A stretch of DNA of 64,000 bases from Lepidodermella squamata. Lineage: Eukaryota > Animalia > Gastrotricha. The notes beneath the pieces are model-generated. The model was not told the DNA's origin. It saw nothing but the letters and a program-made list of their open reading frames with translations, and ran no database searches. The stretch's first letter is position 1; the number at the start of each line of letters is the position of its first letter. A program made the position numbers and the translations under genes. Shown here in pieces: positions 46,326 to 57,271 of the stretch. The stretch spans positions 1,178,001 through 1,242,000 of the forward strand of contig JBLDXI010000023.1 in assembly GCA_047495785.1 (NCBI GenBank). Reading direction: 5' to 3'.

Positions 46326-48704
46326 ATGAAAACAGCAATATTAGTGTTTAGCCTCCTGAAAATCCTTGCGAGTGAATCTATCGATGCACCTGTCAAGCAT
46401 TTAATAACAGCAAGTAGCAGCAACGCAACCGTTTATGATAGGCCCAAAATACGGATACTTTACCAGGATACAAACACTGGACCATTGGGTAGCGGAATAT
46501 GGGCTGACGTATCGATTCAAATAGCTCTCGATCGCCTGCGCTCGATGCCCAACTGGCTTCTCAACTACGACATCGAGATAGAACTTCTGGACGATCAGGG
46601 CAACGCCTCAATGTCTATTTCACAGTTCACCAAGCGGCTGTATTTCGATTCTGAAACGGATGAAATATTCCCCTTAATGGGGATTCAAGATATAGCGGGT
46701 GAAGTTCAAGAATTACAAGCATTAATGGTATCCTCTCTCAATTTCATCGGCGTAAGTTACTTATCATCTAAGAGCTAAAATGCATTCTAATCATTTAAGG
46801 TTTCAAACTATCTAAGTTCTCTCAAGCTGACAGACGAACGTTCGAAATTTCCGAATTACTTCGGTCTCGGTGAGAGAGCTGATTATTTCTGCGCTGGGGT
46901 GGCTAGTTTCGCTCGAAAAATGCACTGGAACTCTGTTGGCCTTATCTCCGAAGTCGATCCGACTTGGAATTTGTTCGATCGATGGTTTGTTCAGTACTTT
47001 GAGGCTAGCAACGCTAAGGTCTCGCCGATATCAAAGTTTTGGCCAGAAGACTTACTGAACACAGAGGAGGCTTTCGCCGAGCTGAAAGCTAGCCAAGCTC
47101 GGATAATTCTCACAGCTGCCTGGGACAACGTTTTCGTCAGTTGCTGGCTTTATCGATTCGGCTTATATGGTTCTAATTTTGTCATTATTTTCGGCAGCTG
47201 GACTAAGTTCGATGAAAACTCCACTATACCAGAGCAGCTACTTTGGTGTGAAAGAACGTCACTAATCGAAGTATTGAAGAGCTCTTTTGTTTACGCTGAT
47301 TTGACCATGGAAGATGTTTACGGGGTGAATTCGACCCAGGATCTGACAGGCTACACTGCATCGGACTTTGAGTTAGCTCTCATGTCTCAAATCCAAGACT
47401 ATCAACGTACTCCTCTGCCGTATCCTTTTTATGACCGAATCATTTTCATGGGGCTCATTCTAAATCATACAGAAGCTATTCTTGCTTCTAAAGGACAAAC
47501 TCTGTCGGATTGGACAACAAACCAAGCTTTGTTCCAACAAAATGGGTCAGAAATCGTTTCTGTAATGAAAGAGGCTATAATGCAAACTGAATTCACTGGC
47601 TTGAAAGGAATCTACAAATTCGACCTTGATTCCATGCTTTCAGTGGGAGGTCAGCCTATAACATTTTCTCAGATTCGGTTCGAGAATAACCAATCCTTTC
47701 AATGCGTTGGGGCCAACTATCTATCATGGTTGAATGATTCTATCGTTATGAAGGCTGACTGCCCGTTCGTGTGGTTAACGAAGTCGAAACTACCACCGAG
47801 GGGACACATATCTGTGATTGAAGTTAGGGAGTCCCTTTTGACTAGAGAAGCTGATGTAGCGCTCAAAACAATCGCCAGCTTTCTTATTTCGATCAATTTA
47901 GGTAGTATGGCTGCGAATCGAGGACATACTATCAGGAGAATGGGTATCGTCGGGAATATCCTCATGGTCAGCCATGTCTTCCTCATACCATCAAGGTGGT
48001 CGGAGAATATTGGGAAATACTTCTCAGCCGTGATCTTTCTATTAATTTCGGGAATTTCAGCGATATGGATAGCATATTTGTTTGACCTGGAAAGTCTCGA
48101 AGTAGAATTCCGGGCTCCCAGCGTGGCGAAATTCGGCGTTCAATATTTCGACCTCCGACAGTTAAAGGTTGATTACCACTCGTTTGTTCAAAACGTGACT
48201 TTGAAGCGAATTTCCGTGGCACTGATTTTATCATCAGTTGAGGCGTTTTTTACAGCTATGCTTCTGATTTTAAATCCAATATCGAAGCTAGACGTTGTAG
48301 CACACGTTGACTACATAGCTGATGACGATGTGTTGAAACGAATCATTCGCAACGAAGCCTCAGTTCTCAATTCTCTCACAATTTCGACTAGTGGGAAGGT
48401 TTTACTAGTGATTATCTTTGTACCACTGCTGCTGATTGTTATCAGATCGCTTGTTTTGGTTAAACAGAGAGGCCGCTATGCCAACAAGCCGCTTGCAGTC
48501 TGCATAATTGCGTCTTCGAGCGTAATTGTCGCCGGGATTTTGGTTGGCATAGCCCAGGCTGGTAACGGTCGACGTCTCATGTTGACAGTGTCCATTGTTT
48601 CGCTGTGCCTAATCCTAATTAGCACTGCTGCTTTCGCCGCTGGATTGCCGTGGAAGAAGCTTCGCAAGCTTAAATATAGATTGTCAATGATTTCCCCGAA
48701 GTAA
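46326..48704 (+). CDS. GABA-B-like class C GPCR, copy 4 (exons 46326-46751, 46800-48704)
   Basis: Same architecture and intron; open frame; short basic C-tail. Confidence 0.9.
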
Positions 48705-48748
48705 TAACTACTTAACAAGTGATCTGCAAGTGATCTGCGAAATATGCA

Positions 48749-49042
48749 CATTGTGTTTGAGGTTGTAAAAAAATCCGCACGCTGATTGGTCAGTTGGCTC
48801 GTATCCATGACTCCGCCTTCCTACTTGATCGTGCGATCTATATAATTTGTGGCTTTTATTATTTTTATGAAGGCCGTATCGTAGCACGCGTTTCCAACAA
48901 ATGCGTAAAACCATTCATAAAAAATATTTTTTGCAAACATTTTATGGATCGCACGATCAAGTAGCAAGGCGGAGTCATGAATACGAGCCAACTGACCAAT
49001 CAGCGTGCGGATTTTTTTCAACTTACAACCTCAAACACAATG
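48749..49042. mobile_element. Foldback-like MITE with ~95-bp near-perfect inverted repeats in the 3' flank of GPCR copy 4
   Basis: CATTGTGTTTGAGGTTGTAA...GATCGTGCGATC vs GATCGCACGATC...TTACAACCTCAAACACAATG. Absent at the equivalent position after copy 5. Confidence 0.8.
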
Positions 49043-51100
49043 CAAGCTTTCGCGAACTTGTTTTGGTTGGTTAGAAGAGGCTATGAAACCAAGTAAAATA
49101 AAATGGCGACGGATAGTTTTTTGATTTGCCAAATTTCAACGCAAGCTTGAATATCGATTACCCATTAAAGCTTTCATTGTAACACGCATCAAATGTTGAC
49201 ATCTCGGTTCAATTCGCCCAAAATGCCCGCGATCATGGACTACAATGTAATTGTTTTCGCTAAAGATCGCCCGTCTGCTAACTTGCATTACAAGTCTGAT
49301 AACGGTCTTCAACTTCTGTGTATTATGCAGTATAGTACAGTAGGTACTCGCCATAGTACACTTTCACGGGATCTAGGAAAAAAGTGTACGCAAATGGAAT
49401 GTGTACATAAGTGAAAGCAATAGGATATCAATGCCGTAGATATGCCGGAGAGTATATTACCTGAGACAGTTATTAGCGATTTTAATTTATTCAACACAGG
49501 CCGCACAGTCGAATTAACACGCTAAATTTTTTAGCATTGCACTTCGCCTTGCAGAATACGAAACGAACAGTCTAGTCAGCCTCCGAGCCATCCACCACGT
49601 TTCGCTTATAGCGCTTCGTGAAACGACCTTGGATACGTTGCCACTCTCGCGTTTTAGGTGCACGATTTGGCCTGGGTCGACGCCGTCGCCAGCACAAGCG
49701 GGAGGCGGGAGGCCAGGGTAGCCCACAATGGGACCTCGCTATACGCTTGACTGCAGCCAGAAAATAATGTCTTTCATTTTAATGAATAACAATTCAAATT
49801 CGAGTGCGCGACAGTTGATTGAAGAGTTTTGTACCTATTTGGATTGGAGAAATTAAAGGGCGATCCACGTTACCGAGAAGAAGAGTTTCAGACTCAATGC
49901 AGGCATACCCGGCCAATAGAACCCATTTTATTCTAATCAAATTTAAACAGCGTGTCAAACAAATTCAAATTCAAACAAATTCAAAATGCATTTACTGTCA
50001 GCAGCGTGTATAGTAAAGGCGCGGACCTATTATCTGAAGTGTATGCAAAACCTGTTTCTAAATATAGGCAAATCAGCTTCAATTTGCTGAAATGATATTA
50101 GCAAGATGTCTTATAGTAGCGGGAAAATCGGAATAAACATTGTCTCATATTTCAAAATCGACTGGGCTTCGGTCATTTTAATCTCAGAAGAACTAATTCT
50201 GGGTAGTTCGATCTTTCAGTTTTGCTGCGGAATATTTGATTGGAATATTGAAGTTCGCGAGTTTCTATCATCGACTGTGCGGCACGTGCTGGTAACTTGA
50301 AATGGCCAATGACCAACATTCGTCATACTCCTCGCTTATTATCATAGAAATATAGATTACAAGCGCATCTGAAATCGTTACTCATGCTATTCGTTCGTTC
50401 GCTAATGGGGCAATTATAATTTTTACTTTCTCCTATCGGGTTGATTTTTGTGTCAAAATGTAGCTCACATCATGCGGAGTGTAAAAAGCAATACAACCAA
50501 TACCGAGGCGGCCACTCCCTTTCTTACATAACGTCACGAAGAAAACATTTCTTGGACCCAGACCTGCGCAATTTATTATGGGAAAAATGTATTTTCAAGG
50601 TTTTTCATGGGTATCGATTTACGTTGAAGTTTAGGGATTGAATATTCGATTAGCAATTTCGACAAGCGCCATCGATTGGTGTTATAGATTTGACCATATC
50701 TATTACGTAACCCACAGATCTGATTTTCTTTGGACCCATGATTTTTTTGACCGATGTTGAAATTGTTAATATTAGAAAATAAATGTAACATTTAAATATT
50801 TTAGAAATAAGTAAATTACATCCGCAAGGTCGCTTTTAAGGTCCATGAATGACCGAATAGCATACAAATGTAAAAAATTAAGACTTAAGACATCGCGCGA
50901 TTTTTTAATCAAATGGAAACTTATACTCTGAGCAATATCGTCTTCAGACCTTGCTGCTAATTATATCTGATTGAAATGTTGATTCATTCGTGAGTTTTTT
51001 ATCGACTGCGCGCTATGCGCTGGTAATGTGACATGGCTAATGTCCGAACTTTCCCATCCTCATCGCTATACCAAAGCAAATTAAGAAAATTCTCTCAGAG

Positions 51101-53481
51101 ATGATATCAGCAATATTGCTGTTGAGCTTCCTGAAAATCCTTGCGAGTGAATCCATCGATGCTCCTGAGAAGCACGTGATTACAGCAAGTAGCAGCAACG
51201 CAACCGTTTCGGACAGGCCTAAAATACGGATACTTTACCAGGATACAAACACTGGACCATTGGGCAGCGGAATATGGCCTTTCGAATCTATGCAAGTAGC
51301 CCTTGATCGGCTGCGCTCGATGCCCAACTGGCTGCCGAACTACGACATCGAGATCGAACTTCTGGACGATCAAGGCAACGACTCAATGTCTATTTCACAA
51401 TTCACCAAGCGGCTGTATTTCGATTCTGAAACGGATGAAATATTCCCCTTAATAGGGATTCAAGATATAGCGGGTGAAGTTCAAGAATTGCAAGCATTGA
51501 TGGTATCCTCTCTCAATTTCATCGGCGTAAGTTACTTATCATCTAAGAGAGCTAAAATGCATTCCAGTTATTTAAGGTTTCGAACTATCTAAGTTCTCTC
51601 AAGCTAACAACAGAACGTCCGAAATTTCCGAATTTCTTCGGTCTCGGCGAAAGGGCTGATTATTTCTGCGCTGGTGTGGCTAGTTTTGCTCGAAAATTTA
51701 ACTGGAACTCTGTTGGGCTTATCTCTGAAGTCGAACCGACTTGGAACTTGTTTGACATATGGTTTGTTCAGTATTTCGAAGCTAACAACGCTGAGGTCTC
51801 CATATTATCAAAGTTCTGGCCGGAGGATTTACAGAATACGGAGGAGGCTTTCGCCGAGTTGAAATCAAGCCAAGCTCGGATCATTATTACAGCTGCTTTG
51901 GACAACGTGTTTGTCAGTTGCTGGCTTCACCGGTTTGGTTTGTATGGTCCTCATTTCGTCATTATTTTCGGAAGCTGGAACACGTTCGATGAGAACTCCA
52001 CTATACCAGAAGAACTAAGTTGGTGTGACAGATCTTCGCTAATTGAAATTTTGCAGAGCTCTATCGTTTACGTTGATGGACCTCTGGAAAATGTTTACGG
52101 GGTAAATTCGACCCAGGATCTCACGGGTTACACTGCATCGGATTTTGAGATTGAGCTAATGTCTCGAATCGAAGACTATCAACGTTCTCCCATGCCTTAT
52201 ATATTTTATGAGCGAATCATTTTCATGGGGCTCATTCTAAATCATACAGAAGCTATTCTCAATAAGAAAGGCCAAACTCTATCTGATTGGACTACAAACC
52301 AAGCTTTGTTCCGGCAAAATGGCTCAGAAATCGTTTCTGTAATGAAAGAGGCTATAATGCAAACTGAATTCACCGGCTTGAAAGGAATCTACAGATTCGA
52401 TCCTCGTACTATGCTGTCAACCGGAGGTCAGCCTGTAGGATTCTCTCAGATTCGATTCGAGAATAACCAATCCGTTCAATGCGTTGGGGCCAACTATCTG
52501 TCATGGATGAATGATTCTATTGCTATGAAAGCTGACTGTCCCTTCGTATGGCTGACCAAATCAAAACTTCCCCCAAGGGGGGAAATATCTGTAATTGAAG
52601 TTAAGGAGCCCCTTTTGACCAGAGAGGCTGATATAATTCTGAAGTCAATCGCCGGCCTCCTCGTTTCGATCAATATAGGTATTATGGTTGCGAATCGAGG
52701 GCATAAAATCAGGACAATGGGTATCTTTGGGAATATCCTCATGGCCAGTCACGCTTTCCTAATACCTTCAAGCTGGTCTAAGGAAATTGGAAAATACTTC
52801 TCAGCCATTGTTTTTCTTGTAATTTCAGGATTTTCAACAATATGGATAGCATATTTGTTTGACCTGGAAAGTCTTCAAGTTAAAATCCGGGCTCTCAGCT
52901 TGACAACATTTGGCGTTCAATATTTTGACCTCCGACTTTTGAAGGTTGATTACCATTCGTTTGTTCAAAACTTGAGCTCAAAGCTAATTTGCATGGCCTT
53001 GATTTTCTCATCAGTTGAGGCGTTTTTTACAGCTATCCTTCTGATCTCAAATCCAATATCGAAACTAGACGGTTTAGCTCACGTTGACTATTTATCGGAT
53101 GACGATGTTTTGAAGGGAATCATACGCAATGAAGCCACAGTTCTCCATTCTCTCACAATTTCCATCAGTGGAAAAGCTTTGCTTGCCGTTATACTCATTC
53201 CACTGCTGCTCATTATTATCAGATCGCTCATTTTGGCTAAGCAGAGAGGACGCTATGCCAACAAACCGGTTGCCATTAGTATTATAGCTTCTGCGAGCGT
53301 GGTTGTCGCTGGAATTTTGGTTGGCATAACCAAGGCTGCTAACGGTCGAAGTCTCATGTTAACATTGTCCATAGTTCTGTTATGCCTGGCCTCAATTACC
53401 ACTGCTGCTTTCGTTGCTGGATTGCCGCGCAAGAAGCTACGCAAACTTAGATATAGATTGTCAATGATTGTCCCGAAGTAA
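51101..53481 (+). CDS. GABA-B-like class C GPCR, copy 5 (exons 51101-51526, 51577-53481)
   Basis: Same architecture and intron; open frame. Confidence 0.9.
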
Positions 53482-54034
53482 TAAGTCCTCAAAAAAGTCT
53501 TTGACGATTTGGCGGGCTAAAACTTTAGGTTCGATTACAAGTAAAATTAATGATGACGGATAAATTAGATGGTTCAACGCTTTTAACGCAACCTTGAAAA
53601 TCGATAATTCAGGCTTTCATTATAGCAACACACATTAAAATGTGGATATCACGCTCCAATTAGCCCAAAATGCCCACGATCACGGACTACAGTTTTTAAT
53701 GCGTCAATGTAATTGAAAGTGCATTCGATAATTCGAGCAATTACCGGCTACAACGGTAACGTAGATGGAAACCTCCGTGAAAATCGCTCAGCAATTATAG
53801 AGCTATTTGTCCGTCCCAATATATGATTTAGCCAGAATTGGTTTCGAAGCAGTTAACAAGAAATATTCAATAAAGTGGCATCAATTAAAAACGCTGGCTC
53901 ACTCATTGCGCAGCAGTTTTTGAATTATAAATTGCCTGGTAAAACAACAACCGTGCGGACTTGCTTAGGGAAAGCTGAATAATCTATAATCAGTAACGCA
54001 AAAGGCAAGCGCGCCAACCATCGCGATTTTCGAA

Positions 54035-56468
54035 ATGCTGTTCCACTTGATCGCCCTGTTCCCCTTAACCTTAGAAACCATGGCAGCTACCTCGGATCCA
54101 GCTCCAAATACCGTTCTGATGAGCCTGCCGTCGTTCTACAACGCTTCATACCTTTCAGGGCTATCGTTTGACACTGTCAATTCAAGTGTGACAGCTAACA
54201 CAGGCGGAATTTCGACTTCCTCAGGCGTTTCTCTAAATCTAGGCTCTGGTTATCAGCTGACAGCTATGAGCGTGGTCGGTAACGGGTTGGCTCTTGGAGG
54301 GCTCCTCTACTGTTCCGGAACGCTCAGTTTAAATCAAGCCATCCCGGCTGACGTAGCCGAGTTTCGAATTGAATACGACGTCGTGTCCAACTTTGATACA
54401 ACCGCGACCAATGCTTGGCTTGGCATTTTCTTGTCGACTACAACGGTTGGATTTGGTAGGTATAAATCCGCATCAGAAGACATAAACTCCTACATTATTG
54501 TACAGGAAATCAAGTCTCTGGCTGCAATATCGGTTTCAATTCCATGAAAGGATTATCCATCTTTCAACGAATACAGCCAGGGTCTGTGGCTTATGTTACC
54601 TCGGTTCCAGGCGGAATGGCTTCTTCTCCGAGTGTTAACATACCCGGAACACCTGCAGCCACATCAAGTGCCGCTTGTGGTGCAAACGTATTCACTGGGA
54701 CCAGTACGAGCTTTAGAATGGTTGTGCAATTCTACAACGATGTGATTTCGGTAGGGCGGACAATTCACCACTGAAAAGAACAAATCTCATATTTTTGCTT
54801 TCCTAGGCTGCAATATCTCCAAGTGGAGTTAATGCTCCTGGTACTTGCTTCAGCGACGTATATGTCCCAGGCTTGCGGGCTTTGATCGCCACTGGGAACA
54901 TGAGGGTTAGCATCACAGCCCTTGGAAGCGCTGACGGCGATGTTTTGCTGAACAAGTTTTACCTGTTCAAGATCGGATGCGGGTCCAGCAGTTGTTACAC
55001 AACATCGTCATCTTCATCAGCTACATCTTCGATGAGTAGCACAACAACCCTAACAGAAGTTTCAGCAACCACGAGCTTAGCTGATAGTTTAACTTCACCG
55101 GTCACTTCAACAGAGAATCCTGCAACGAGTGGGAAATCGGCGGTTGAATTATCATCGGCCACCTCAGAATCCACGAGTACCAGTCTCGAGAGTTCAACTG
55201 TTGACTCTACTTGGCTCAGTTCAGAATTGTCAGGCCTTTCAACATCCTCTGCCGCAGCAACAACTCCATTGGGACAAAGTAGTTCGGGAACCCCTCAGAT
55301 CTACAGCCTTTCTACAACCGCTGACCAAATTGAGGGATACAGCGAGAACTCATGGTTCACAATGCCAGAGGTGATCAACGGGAACATTTACCCCGTAGTA
55401 AATTTCGAAGACCTCCTCCCCTGCGTCTATATCCATCCGAACGTGATGGCCCCTGCTCCTGAAACTGAAATATACGCGACCTTCAGCACGGAAAAATTGA
55501 TCGGCATAGACGTGATGAAGCAGCAATTGTCGCTTCTCGCCTCTCTCCGTTTGCAGTGGGTCGTTCGCACCTGCGATTGCAACTCGACGGCTCCTCATGC
55601 CGGCGATGAAGAACGCGTGTTCACAGCCGATGGTAAACGAGTTTGGAGGCCGAGTTTGATATCACCCAACAGCTCAGACGATATTTTCCTATCAAGTCTC
55701 GACTACTCAGACAGGACAGATATTGTCTACATACCAACTCGACCGAATCGAACTCTTTATTTTCACTGGGTCCGATTCGGTGTTATTCAAAGCCACTGTG
55801 AACTGGATCTGCATAAATTCCCTTTCGATTCTCAGATTTGTGACTTCGTCTTCTTGATGGAACAGCCTCCTGAATTTCAAAAATTTGCCTCGCTAATCTT
55901 GAACGGCCGTGAGAACCTGAAAAGTGATATGTGGTGGGTTTCCCATGCACATTCAGAGCTTGGAATCACAACGTCTGTGATGCGACAGAACAAATCATCA
56001 AGCTACATCGCTATCAAGCTTCGATTAGATCGAAACCCGACTTATTACCTTGTGAATATGTTGCCGCCTTGTCTCATAATAATGGCTCTTGTCTACGCTT
56101 CTTTCATTCTACCGCCTGATGACCCAAATCGAACGGCCTTCAGCGCGACTATTCTGCTTTCGCTAACGGTCGCTCAGTCCACTGCGGCTGCAAGTGTCCC
56201 AAAAACTTCTGAGCCGATTCTATTGGGGCAGTACATCTTCCTGCTAAGTTGCATTACGGGTCTTATAACGGTCTACGATTGCTGTGTGTTAGCATGGTCT
56301 CAAGCCGATGAAATTGCGTCACAAATTGTTACTGAACCTTTCCTCCGCATTGTAAGAGGCATTAGGATGGTGAGAGCTATGGACCTGTCTGCTCTCCTGC
56401 TTTCGATATCGCTGTTCCTAGCAACTAATTTGTACGCTTATTTCGTCATAAACAGTTATTTTTCCTGA
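54035..56468 (+). CDS. Cys-loop ligand-gated ion channel subunit with extra N-terminal domain and Ser/Thr-rich stalk; 3 exons (54035-54455, 54506-54750, 54807-56468), ~775 aa
   Basis: Introns G|gtaggt...tacag|GA (phase 1) and TCG|gtaggg...cctag|GCT (phase 0) fuse three ORFs in frame. Signal peptide, ~250-aa beta-rich domain, ~110-aa S/T tract, then LIGIDVMKQQL, VWRPSL, CELDLHKFPFDSQIC, RNPTYY, M1-M4 and VPKT. Confidence 0.85.
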
Positions 56469-57271
56469 TAATTGTTGAATAAAGTGGACTGAGTAATATT
56501 AATAGTAAGTGTAATGTGCTTTTCAAACCATTCAGAGTGATAGTCAGTTGAAGCAGACTGAACTCGATTTATAATTCAGGCCCATGGAGATTACCAATTT
56601 TCAGTCCTTATTTCCACCCAGCAAGCTTTTGAATTGCGCGTTTATGTGCCAAACATATTTGTCCACTTATAGCCTTGCTAATGAATTTCAACTGGGAAAT
56701 GGATAGGATAATCAATACTTAATACATTTCGGTACAGAAGCCCATGTCTTTCACTATCTATGCTAAACACGAATCGATGTGCGTTTTTGAACCCGTAACT
56801 ATGAGAACTCACATGGGGCTTCATTTGCCCTTTAATTACAGCGCACTGTGATGAATCCCATCTGAGTTTCGGAAAGTGACAAATTCGAAAACAATTTGTA
56901 ATAAAAATTCGGAAAAGACCATCATAATTAATTAATTAACTAATTAATTTAAGTGTAAAAGATGAAATTAAATCAAATTTTTTGACCTACATCAAATCTG
57001 AGTGATCGCAATTTAATGGTTGGGCAATTTAATTAATTCGAAAATGTCTGTGCTTCGCAGCGGGAGGGAAGATTCCGAAATAGTACACGCTAATTTCAGA
57101 CATTTGAACTTCCGCACTCAGATGCAATACTATAAGCATACTCGCTTTCGAAACGGAGCGACCTCATACGGATCGAGCAATAACTGTTCGCAATTCACAC
57201 GGGATATATGGCTAATCATATTAGGTCGCAGGTCTCCCGGCAGTCATCGCTGTCGTGTATGTATTTAAAAG

